From Prorocentrum cordatum (Eukaryota), in assembly GCA_963575745.1 (NCBI GenBank), contig CAUYUJ010000001.1, positions 2,418,001 to 2,482,000 of the forward strand: 64,000 nt of DNA. The letters are read 5' to 3'. The notes under the pieces were generated by a model. The model did no database searches. It saw only the letters and a program-made list of their open reading frames with translations, and had not been told where the DNA came from. A program made the translations under genes and the position numbers. Positions within the stretch are counted from its first letter, which is position 1; each line of letters opens with the position of its first letter. Positions 25,711 to 36,929 of the stretch are shown here, in pieces.

Positions 25711-27394
25711 CGTCGCCTCACCCACGGGTTCAGACGAGGAATGAATTATCGAGGGCCCGTCGAATGGTTGGCAACCCGTCGCAAGGAGGAGGAGGAGGGG
25801 ATGTGGAGGAGGAGGAGGAGGAGGGGGAAGAGGAGGAAGAAACGAGGAGGAACAGGAGCAGGGGGGAGGAGGAGGTAGGAGGTGGGCACCGACACCTAGG
25901 CCTCGCAAAACCACACGACAAACATTTCGAACACTTACGAACTCTGAGACTGTCACAAATGGATCCGGCTCGAGAGGTCGCGCGTTGCGATGAACTCGGG
26001 GGCTCTGGTCGTGTCACGGCGTCGGATCCCGCTGGCCATATCCTGCGCCCTCACAGACCACCCTACAGTCATAAGGAGGCGGGGGGTGAGGATGGGCGCA
26101 GCTTTTGGCTTGCGATTGGTGTCCGATCGGAGTCTGACCTCGTTTTCCTCCGATCTCACGCACCCCCCACGGATTTCAATATCATTATGTCGGCCTGAGG
26201 GTCTAATTTTCGATTGCACGATCTATCGGTCTTACTTCTCCTTGCTAAAGAATGGACTCTACCCCACCTCGAGGTCGGCGTTATCGTGCGCCCTGCGCGT
26301 ACTGCGTTTTCCACATCAAAGCGTGAGTCCTTTCATTTCGAATGTTCTTGGTACATCATGCGGCGGGACAGTCGACCCCAACTGGCATCTCTGTCTTTTC
26401 ATACAATGAGCGCGGTTACGTGGATCACAAGCTATCATGTTCCAAGAACCCACTGCAACACATACCGCACAGTCCACCAGCGCGCGCACATGTTGCAACC
26501 ATCTTAAATACAGGACCTCATAGGACATCAGAGGAACACCACGTGATATGGCAGTCATTGGAACTCCATGTGATCTGTACGCACTTGCACCACACGATGT
26601 TGGCAGTGCATCCACTTTGATCCAGCATGCGCAACGCGCACGCAATCGTATCCAATAATACCATGCGGGCCGCATGCGAAGGCCGCCACGCGCGCGTCGA
26701 AACCAGTTAAAAACCATATGTCCCCGATGCGAGTCAAGATCGATCTAGCTAGACACATGCGAGAACCACTAATCTTATACAACATACCCTGGCAAGTGTA
26801 CAACATTTCCGCGCGCGCACTTCCTCGCCGCCCTCATCCGCTGTCAGCTGCATAACAGTACCGCCGTTCCAGGCATCGTCGCGCCCCGTCATTGCCGCCG
26901 TCGTCATCACCAGCATCAGCACAATCACCTTCGTCACCGACATCTGGACATCATCGTCGTCATCGTCGTCACCAGCCTCAGCACCGTCATTGGCCTTGCC
27001 GTCGTCGTCGTCACCATCGCCACCACCATCGATAATATCATCATCACTGCAGTCGTGGTTCACGTCGTCATGGTATCGCGCCCGTCCAAGTCACCGACCC
27101 GAGCTGAAGTGCACACGCATCAGCTCGGGCCTTGAGACGTGCTGGGAAATTCACATCGGTAATCGCCATCGCGTTCGCATCAGTTTTGCCAAACCAGCTG
27201 GTCCACCTACGAGAAAGCGTGCGCGCGCCAGTGCGGCCGCAGAACTAACACATCCAATCGGGAAACGCAATCGTGACCGAATGAGCTTTGCTAGACCACT
27301 TGCGGGTCAGCGGGTGGGATGTTTGCACGAGCAGTGGAATTGACGACTTCAACTTGTGCAAAAACCATTGTGCACCCATAGCCCCCACTACCAA

Positions 27395-27450
27395 TACATA
27401 TGCATATATATATATGTATATGTGTATGTATATGTTTATATGTTTATGTT

Positions 27451-27482
<32 letters not shown>

Positions 27483-27521
27483 CGTATACGTATATGTATA
27501 TGTATATGTATATGTATGTAT
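27395..27521. repeat. (TATATG)n microsatellite
   Basis: Seen directly. Confidence 0.95.
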
Positions 27522-28243
27522 ACGTAGCACCCCGCAATCGCGGATAAGAGTGAGGGGCCGCCGGAAGGTCTGCAGTCTGCGAGGCTCTGAAGAAGTCCGC
27601 CGCAGGCGCTTCATGTTTACAAATGATACCACGGGCCCGCCGCAGGCGCCGATTTTTCGTTAAAGCAATGTGGGTGGGTCGCCGTGTGGGTCGCGGGTGG
27701 ATCGCGGGTGGGTCGCGGGTGGGCCGCGGGTGGGTCGCGGGTGGGTCGCGGGTGGGTCGCGGGCTGGGTCGCGGGTGGCTCGCGGGTGGGTCGCCGGTGG
27801 GTTGCGGGTGGGTCGTGGGTGGGTCGCGGGCTGGGTCACGGGCGGGTCGCGGGATGGGTCGTGGATGAGTCGAGGGTGGGTCGCGGGGTGGGTCGCGGGT
27901 TTGTCGCGGTTGGGTCGCGGGGGGGACAACGCCAAGCAACAACAAACAAACACCAGCAACAACAACAACAACAATATAAACAACAACATCATCATCAACA
28001 ACAACAACAACCACGGTAACAACAACAACCGCAACATGGACAACCACAACAACACCAACCCGACCAACAACCACAACAACAATCACAACAACAACAGCAC
28101 CACCGCCAACAACAACAACAACAGCAACATAAAGAACATCAACCACCACCACCACACCAACAACAACCACAACAACAACCACAACCACAACAACACCACC
28201 AACAACAACAGCAACAGCAACAGCCTCAGCAACAGCAACAACG

Positions 28244-28280
<37 letters not shown>

Positions 28281-28869
28281 CGACGAGACTCTGCATCGCG
28301 GAATCCCACTTCAACTACGCACCCAGGGACAATGAATGACCGTCCAGAGTGAGAGGGCCGAACGGTCATTCACTGTCCCTGGGTGCGTGGCTGAAAAAGG
28401 ATCCCGCGATGCGGATTCTCGTTGCTGTTGTTGTTGTTCTTATATTATTATTGTTGTTGTTTGTTTGTTTGTTTGTGTTGCTTGGCGTCGTTTCCCCCGC
28501 GACCCGGCCCGCGAACTCGCCCGCGAACCGGCTCGCGACCCGCCCGCGACCCACCCGCGACCTCCTGCGAACCACCCCGCAACCCACCCACGACCCGCCC
28601 CACGACCCGCCCCACCTGCAACCCACTAGCGACACACCCTCGTCCCACCCGCGACCCAACCGCGACCCGGCCCGCGACCCACCCGCGACCCACCCGCGAC
28701 CCACCCCGCGACCCACCCACATCGGTTTGATGAACAAAATCGGCGCCTGCGGCGGGCACGTGGTAGAATTTGCAAGAATTAGGCGCCTGCGGCGGCCTTT
28801 CAGAGCCTGGCAGATTGCAAACGTCCCCGCCGCCCCCTCACTCTTATCCGCGACTGCGGGGTGCTACGT
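27522..28869. mobile_element. Foldback element (1.35-kb imperfect palindrome)
   Basis: Ends ACGTAGCACCCCGCAATCGCGGATAAGAGTGAGGGG and CCCCTCACTCTTATCCGCGACTGCGGGGTGCTACGT; mirrored (GGGTCGC)n and (CAA)n blocks; arms meet at an 18-nt loop at 28344-28361. Confidence 0.85.
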
Positions 28870-30079
28870 GCATCGACCTCTCCATGTACCGTTATCACAA
28901 TCTACCTGTCTTGCCGCCCGATGCACGTCTAACCCTGCCCGCGGACCTACGCCGCGGGGCAGCCCACGGGTCAACCCGCGGGACAGGCCACGGGATGACC
29001 ACGAGACAACCCACGGGACGACACATGGGACAACCACAAGGCAACCCGCGCGGCTACCACAGCACAGCCCACGGGACAACCGCTGGACATCCATGGACAA
29101 CCGCGGGATAACCGTGGGACAGCACAGGAGAGGCACTGCATGACCAGAGCAAACATTTGTTAGACCATTCGACCCTAGCCTTATGTTGCGCCCATCATAC
29201 CTCAGGAGCAAATCCCAGAACTAAGTTTGAGCACCCAGGAAATTATCGAAGCAATGTCTGCCCGATCCGCTCGCGAAGTGTCGAACTAGTATCGCCTCCC
29301 AGGGCCCGACACGTGAAAAACCTTCAGTTTCGGTACCTTCTTGGGGCTAGAGATTCTTTCTGGTGCTCCAGGCTACTAGACAATAGGCTGGAACATCATA
29401 ATCCTAGCCTTGGCCGACACATGAGCGTCATGGCGCAGCTTCGCCTCGCTGGCACGCACGACACACGTGTGCGTGTTATGGTGAAGGGTGTGGGGTGACC
29501 TCTTCTTCTCTCTCTTCTCCGCCCCTCCTGCAACCTCCTTGTGCATACCTGCAAGCAAACGGATCCTCAAACAATGTTCTGGTATCCGCTTTCACCTCGC
29601 ACTTTGCTAGCCGTTCAATGAGCACCTTGAGGTCGGTCCCATGCATCCTTCAGAGCCTCATTCACGTATTAAGCCGCAAGCTGGGATGCACCCTTCCACG
29701 GTGACCTGTAGGCCTTGCGCGGCATTGCAAGAGTTGCATCACCTTGCGGCTAGGCGGGCTTCCAGTGCTTTGCTCATAATCACCTCGGCTTTGTCAGTCA
29801 CGCGCAGATCTATGCTGTTAACTAGCCCGCCACGCTGAAACCAATGTAAACCAGGGGCACCATCCTCTCTGATCATTCCTAGCAGTCTGTCCACTCTGGC
29901 CATCAGTGCCGTGGGGCCCTGCGTGCCTCCAGGCACGGAGCCAGCGCATGCTGTGTATCACTTCTACTTCTCCTCCTCCTCCTCCTCCTTCTCCTCCTCC
30001 CCCTCCGCCTCCTCCTTTTTCACCAACTGGTCCCCGTAGTCACAGGGCGTCGAAAATAAGTAGTCGCTCTTCGGGCCCC

Positions 30080-30161
30080 AGTCCGGGCCCCCGAAGAAGG
30101 CGTTGAAGATGTTGTCGGCGTGATTTCGCGAGAAACCTCCGTGCACGCCAGGACCAGCTCC
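30080..30161 (-). CDS. DnaJ-domain protein, exon 3 (G/F region; 3' boundary approximate)
   Basis: GAG|G acceptor in phase 0 with exon 2; encodes [25 protein letters not shown] (DIF-like motif). Confidence 0.7.
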
Positions 30162-30649
30162 CTCTCCAGAGCCGCGAAAAACAGCAGGGATACCGTTTGA
30201 GACTCGCCGTCGTCGCCGCCGCCGTCGTCGTCACCGTCCTCTGGTGAGGCCCGGGGTGGAGGGGTTGACCACAGGCAGTCCCCAGAGAGGTAGTCCTGGC
30301 TAGCCTTCGCAAGCCTGCGGGGACGCCCAGAGCGGACTCCACACCGCAGCGCCGCCTCCCGCGGCGCCCCCTCCATGCGCGGAGCCTGGGGCGCCGAGCC
30401 CGCCTGGGGCTGCCCCGCTTGGGGGGCCTGCAGAGGGCAGCCAGGACGCCAGGACGCACCTCTCTGGGGGGCCTGCCTGCGCGCGCGCAGGGCCCGAGCC
30501 CTGCCAGCCAGTGGGACTCCTTGCCCCCCGGGGGAGGGCGGGGGGAGCCTGCGCGCCGCATCTCCCTCCTCCACTCCTCCTCCTGAAGAGCAGGAGGAGG
30601 AGTGGAGGAGCCTGCATCTCCCTGCCCCCGTGGCTTTGGCTGCCTCGAC

Positions 30650-30781
30650 CTCCAAGCCCGCTGGGCCGAAGGTGTCGTACCGCCTGCGCTTCTCCGGGTC
30701 TCGCAGGACCTCGTAGGCCTCGGCGACTTTCCTGAACGACGCCTCCGCAGTCTCCTTGTTCTCGGGGTTCTTGTCTGGATG
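30650..30781 (-). CDS. DnaJ-domain protein, exon 2 (HPD motif and helices III-IV)
   Basis: [49 protein letters not shown] donor. The 5' end may extend to 30798 (CAG|G). Confidence 0.9.
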
Positions 30782-31078
30782 GTCCACCTCCGCGCCTCCT
30801 GCGCGCTGCGGCGTGCTCGAGTGCCTGCTGACTTGCCTCTTGGGGCTTCTTCGACCCTCTGCGGGCGGCTCTTGCCCTCGTCGCGCCCCAGTCGTGACCC
30901 ACCCCCTTACCTCTGCCGTCCTGGCGAGCTGCCACCAAGACGACCCCACAAAGCCCCGAGACAACGCCGAGACCCTTTTCAGACGACCCGGAGGCCCGGT
31001 TCGGGGCTCAAAACATGTTCAATCTAAGGGCCATGAGAACTTATTCGGCGGTTTTGAACCAATAGCTGGAGGCTTATA

Positions 31079-31577
31079 CTAGGGCTCCCAACTTCGCGCT
31101 TCGCGCTCCGCGAAGCGCGAATAACTTCGCGCTCTCGCGCCGCCCTCCCAGAGGGAGAATAGGAGGACGAGGAGGAGGGGGAGGAGGAACGAGGACCGCG
31201 AAGCGCGAAGCGCGAATAACTTCGCGCCCTCGAGGGAGCCCTTGCTAAGGGCCATGAGAACTTATTCGGCGGTTTTGAACCAATAGCTGGAGGCTTATGC
31301 TGCAGGTCCGTGCCGTGTCGACCCTGGCGTTGGTTCCTGAAACCGCGCTGGATCGTTCAACCTTGAACGATCGGCCGTCTCCGCAATGTCCGATCGTTCA
31401 ACATCGAACGATTCTGGGCCGCCGTCGGCGTTCAACCTTGAACGTCCGCGCTGGGGTCGCCGCCGGTCGACACGACACGAACCTACCGTACAATGGAGGA
31501 CGAGGAGGAGGGGGAGGAGGAACGAGGACCGCGAAGCGCGAAGCGCGAATAACTTCGCGCCCTCGTGGGAGCCCTTG
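31079..31577. mobile_element. MITE of the 2248-2406 family: full copy 31079-31244 plus an extra 3' half ending at 31577
   Basis: CTAGGGCTCCC...GGGAGCCCTTG; CTTATA at 31073-31078 and 31578-31583. Confidence 0.7.
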
Positions 31578-31879
31578 CTTATACAATCATTATCCCCCAT
31601 CTCCTGAACTGGTGTTTCTCTTATCACTCGGACGTCCCGCCTCACCCAACACCCGCCTCCCTCGTGCACTCGCACCCACGCATGTTCAGATCCGGATCCA
31701 CCCACACACTCAGACCCACTCACTGACTCACCCGTAGCCCGACTCGCTCAAACCCACACTCGTATTCGGTCGTACTCATGATTCGCTCATACTCCAACCC
31801 ACGCAGAGTCAAACTCACTCAAACTCAGACTCACTCGTCACTCATACTTAGTCTCACTTGGACCACTGCTCACCGCGAC

Positions 31880-32660
31880 AAAGAATGCGTGGCATTTGGG
31901 CACCCCAAAGGGGAGCCGCCAAAGCAGGTGGGAACACTCCTGGATTCGCGCCCAGATCGTGGGCATGTCTCAGGCGGTTTGCCTTCTTGGGTGCCCGCCA
32001 TTCTGTGTTTTCGGAGCAGCTTGTGAGGATGTCTCAAGCAAGGCGCTGGCTTCATCACTCCCAAATGGGAACCGCCAGGGTGGGACAGTCCAGGATTCGC
32101 GGTCTCAGGCGGTTTGCTGGTTTGGGTGCCCAACATCCTCTGCCGTCGGAACAGATTGTGAGGATGTCTCAAACAAAACGCTGGTTTCAGCACTCCCAAA
32201 GGGGAGCCGCTGGGGGTGGGAGCACTCCAGGATTCGCGTCCAGTTTGTGGGGATGTTTCAAGCGGTTTGCTTGTTTGGGAACCCCTCTGCTATCGAAGCA
32301 GTTTGCGAGGATGTGTCAGGCGAGGGCGCTTGATCCAACACTCCCAGCGGGGCACAGTCCAGGATTTGCGCCCAGATTGTGGCTTCAAGCGGTTTGCTTG
32401 TTTGGGAACCCACCGTCCCTCGTGTTCGGAGCGGTCCGCGAGGATGTCTCAGGCGACGGCGTTGGTTTCAGCACTCTCAGAGGGGAGCCGCCTGGGGCGG
32501 GGACGTCCCAGGATTCGCGCCAAGATTGTGGGGATGTCCCACGCAGATTGCTTTCTGGGAACTCGTCGTCCTCCGGGCTCGGAGAAGTTCGTGAGGATGT
32601 CTCGGGCGAGGGCGCTGATTCAAGCTTTCCAAGGGGGAGCCACCATCGGTGGAAATGTCT
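31880..32660. repeat. Diverged tandem repeat (about 120-140 bp units)
   Basis: Recurring CAGGATTCGCG..GCGGTTTGC..GAGGATGTCTC blocks. Confidence 0.75.
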
Positions 32661-34079
32661 CAAATGGTTTCCGTGCTTGTGCCCCCCCAGCTATCACCGG
32701 ACGTATGCTATTCACTCACTCACACATATCCTCCGTATGCTTTTCTTCCTCCTCCTCCTCCTCTTCCTCCCCCTTCTTCCTCTTTCTAAATTCGACGCAC
32801 GCGTTTACATTCCCACTTACCTGTGGGCAGCTCTTCACCACCCAAACCCACCCAGCACATTCAGACGCACCCATATTCAGACGCATTCATACATATATTC
32901 ACTCATACACTTCGACTCACTCATACTCAGACGCACTGAAACTGATGTCCACCGCCGAGCTAATTCACACTCGGACTCACCCGAACTCGGACTCATCCAC
33001 CACCGTACCCATTCATACTCAGACCCGATCGTATTCAGGCTAACTCTTCTTCATACCCATATTCATCATACTCGTACCCATACCCGCTCGCACCCATATC
33101 CACTCACACGCGTACCCACTCGCACTCAGGCTCACTCGCACTCACAGAATCACCAATAACCAGACCCAATCACACTGAGACTCGCTCATACTCAGACACG
33201 CCGGTACTCCGACTCATCATACTTAGAATCACTCACACGCGGGTTCAACAGTCGGACTCAGTCACAATCAGACTCTCACGCTCAGAACACTAACGCTCAT
33301 ATTCTGCCCGCGCACAAGTGGCTATCGTGATATTGGCATGCGCGGCGCTTGGGTATCCCATGTGCCAATGGGCGCCACGAGTAGCACGCCAGAGAGCGGG
33401 CGTAGCAACGCCATGCGCTCTTGTCCGAATTGTCGCAATGAGAACCGCAAAAAGAATCCCTCTCGCTTTTCAACTTGTGTTTCATCCACCTTTCCTGAAA
33501 CGTTGACAAAGGAGGAAGACGTCACTGAATTCGTCGCGGTCGTCGTCGTCGTCGTCGTCGTCACTGTCGCGCTCTACGCGGACTCGCTCTCACACCCACA
33601 TGCTCACAGACATACTTCCCCAACGAGACGGGACGAGAATATGAGATCATAGATGGGGACTTTCGCGTCGAATAATTCTGGGGGCTCGAGAAATTCTCCC
33701 AGCCTCCCCCGTTCCGATCCGTGTGAGACCTGCGCCAGGATGTGCTCGTGGACGCCGACTCTCAGCCCACGCCCTGGACGCAAGACGACAACCGGTGGGC
33801 GCGGCCATTCCGTCTTCTGGAGCATGCCCGCCAATCGCTAGCCCCAGTTGTCATACGCCCACGCCTGCGATCCCATGTGGAAAACCATGTGGGATCGGAA
33901 GTTGGGGGGTGAGATCGCAGTGGAACGGAGACCCCCAACCGGGAAATCATTTCGTTTCGTTCGTGTCGTGCGTGCGGGCGAGGCGAAGCTGAGTGGGCGC
34001 GCGAGAGAAATGAACCCGCCGTTGCTAGGGCGAAATCAAGACAAATGTTTCTCCTCCGTCCGTCCGTCCGGCGGTGGCT

Positions 34080-34695
34080 TCAGCGGTGTCCCGCGGTGTC
34101 CCGTGGTGTCCCGTGGTGCCCGCCGTTGCTAGGGCGAAGTCAAGACAAATGATTCTCCCCAACCAGCCCGTCTGGCGGTGGCTCGCGGTGTCCTGCGGTG
34201 TCCCGTGGTGTCCCGTTGAGTGAAATCGATAGTGAGATCGATAGTGAGATCGATACTGAGATCGATGTGGTGCCCCGAGGTGTCCCAAAACATGAGATCG
34301 ATAATGAGATCGACAGGTGTCCCGTGGTGTCCTGTTGAGTGAGATCGATAGTGAGATCGATAGTGAGATCGATGTGGTGCCCCGAGGTGTCCCGAAAAAT
34401 GAGGTCGATAAAGAGATCGACAGGTGTCCCGTGGTGTCTCGTTGAGTGAGGTCGATAACTAGTGAGATCGATGTGGTGTCCCGAGGTGTCCTGTGGTGTC
34501 TTATGGTGTCCCGTTGAGTGAGATCGATAGTGAGATCGATAGTGAGACCGATAGTGAGATCGAGAGGTGTCCCTCGGTGTCCCGTGGTGCCCCGTCGAGA
34601 GAGATCGATAGTGAGATCGATCGTGAGATCGACACGTGTCCCGTGGTGTCCCGTGGTGTCCCGTTGAGTGAGATCGATAGTGAGATCGATTGAGT
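34080..34695. repeat. Composite minisatellite of GGTGTCCCGT (10 bp) and GAGATCGATAGT (12 bp) units
   Basis: Seen directly; repeated at 57820-58435. Confidence 0.9.
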
Positions 34696-34899
34696 CAGAT
34701 GTTGGTTCCACCCCCTCTCCTGCCCCCACAACCTCCTTATCACCCGAAGGGTGGTCGTATAGGTAGTATGGGTTTGTCACTCCTGGGTTACCCCCCCGGT
34801 GCGACGCCACGTGACGGGGACAGTTGGATGAGGGGTTTACCCCTCCCCCTCCCCTGGACCTGGAGGGGTAGTTTCGCGAGGTGTCAGAAGGCTCTTTTG

Positions 34900-35520
34900 G
34901 CCCAAGATGGCTCAAAGAGCGTTCCAGAGAGCCCAAGATGACCTCCAAGATGGCTCAAGATAGCCCAAACTGGCTCAAAATGGTTTCCAAGATGCTCCAA
35001 GAGACGGAGCCTTCCACGGAGGCCCCCGAGAGGCCCAAATCATACAAACGCACAAGAAATCAATGAGGTTTGCCTGCTCGCCTTTTTTGCTTTCGATTGC
35101 ATTCCGAGGCCCCAAGATGGCTCCATGAGAGTCCGAGAGGGCCCCAAGATAGGCCTAAGAGAGCCCCAAGACGGCCCCAAGAACGCCCAAGAGCGCCCCA
35201 CGAGCGCTCGAAGAGGGGCCCAAGAGGCGATCGTGGGGGCTTCCGAGGGGGGAGGCTAATTAAGGACCCCCCCCGTCTTTGCTCGAGCTCTTCCAAGATG
35301 GCTCCGAGAGGGCTTCTGAGGCCCCCAAGAAGCCTCCAAGAGACTCCAGAGAGGCCCCCAAGAAGCCTATACGCGCCCTCCACGAGCACCCCAAGAGGCT
35401 CCCAGCGGCATACAAGACGCCCCAAGAGGCTCGCAAGACCACCAAGAGGCCACCAAGACGCCCCAAGAAACCTCCAAACAAATTCCCAATCAACATCCCA
35501 AGAGATTCCGAAACACGTCC
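34900..35520 (+). repeat. CCAAGA-rich dispersed repeat
   Basis: GGCCCCAAGA-type subunits; relatives at 41240-42050, 42450-43000, 47600-47640 and inverted at 22700-23000. Confidence 0.75.
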
Positions 35521-35660
35521 AAAAAACGTCTGGTCTTCTGGTTGGCCTCCGCCTCTCCTCCCTCCTTCCCCTTCCGTGTCCTCCGCCTCCCTCACTTCCA
35601 TTTCCTCTTCCTCCCCCTCCTCCTCCTCCTGCTCCTCCTCCTCCACCTCCTCCCTTTATT

Positions 35661-36608
35661 CCCAATCATCCTGTGGTGTTGGGTCCTCGTTTTGAAGAGA
35701 CTGTCCCCGCGTCCCTCCTCCTCCTCCTCCTCTCCTCCTCCTCCTCCCCCTCCTCCCTCCTCCCTGCGTTTCACCCACCCAGCACACCGTTTCGTGGCCC
35801 CATCAGGGGGCTCCACTGAAGATCCCAGTGGCACCGCCCGCATGCGTCCGCCACCACCCAGCACAGCCCTTGCTCCCTGCGCTTCACCCACCCAGCACAG
35901 CGTTTCGCCACCACCCAGCACAGCCCTTGCTCCCTGCGTTCCGCCCACCCAATACACCGTTTCGTGGCCCCATAGGGGGCCCCACCGAAGGTCCCAGTGG
36001 AGCCGCCAGCATGCGTCCGCCACCACCCAGCACAGCCCTTGTTCCCTGCGTTTCGCCCACACAATACAGCGTTCGTGGCCCCATGTGGAGCTCCACAGAA
36101 AGTCCCGGTGGCACCGCCCGCATGCGTCCGCCACCATCCAGCACAACCCTTGCTCCCTGCGTTTCGCCCACCCAGTACCTCGTTTCGTGGCCCCATATGG
36201 AACTCCACCGGAGGTCCCAGTGGCACCGCCCGCATGCGTCCGCCACCATCCAGCACAACCCTTGCTCCCTGCGTTTCGCCCACACAGTACACCGTTTCGT
36301 GGCCCCATAGGGAGCTGCACCGAAAGTCCCAGTGGCACCGCCCGCATGCGTCCGCCACCACCCAGCACAGCCCTTGCTCCCTGCGTTTCGCCCACCCAAT
36401 ACACCGTTTCGTGGCCCCATATGGAACTCCACCAGAGGTCCCAGTGGCACCGCCCGCATGCGTCCGCCACCACCCAGCACAGCCCTTGCCCCCTGCGTTT
36501 CACCCAGCTAGTACAGCGCTTCGTGGCCCCATAGGGTGCGCCACCGAAGAAGATGCTCACAATTGCGGCACTCACAACTGCATTTGGTTGGGTCCTTCGC
36601 CAGGCAAA
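35661..36608 (+). mobile_element. HINE-like element, copy D (112-bp internal array)
   Basis: Same head and tail; TTCGTGGCCCC at 36072, 36184, 36296, 36408 and 36520; tail TGGTTGGGT-CCT-TCGCC-AGG-CAAA|TTTTT. Confidence 0.8.
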
Positions 36609-36929
36609 TTTTTCTTCCATCCTCCGCCTTGTTGGAGTAGGACGGCTTCCCAAACCTTAGGTTTCTCTGTATGCTCCCTCATTTATCTGATCAGGGCAAC
36701 TCGTGTGGGCATCGTCTCTACACTGACTTTTCGCCTTTTCATGTCTGATGGCCTTCCGAAGCCTCTGTCCGTCGCCGCGCTAGTGCAAGGTCCTGAATGG
36801 GCCCTCTACTGGGTGTCATGAGGCTGTTTCGAACCCTTGACATCACTGCGTGCTCATCCACATCCCTGATCAACAAGGCAATTCGCCTGGGCATCGTTTT
36901 TGGATGGGCTGCTGGGGTTACGCGAAGCG

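Noticed and set aside
34895..34980. TTTTGGCCCAAG / TGGCTCAAG as SL relics
   Set aside because: Part of the CCAAGA-rich repeat; matches are short and expected from its composition.
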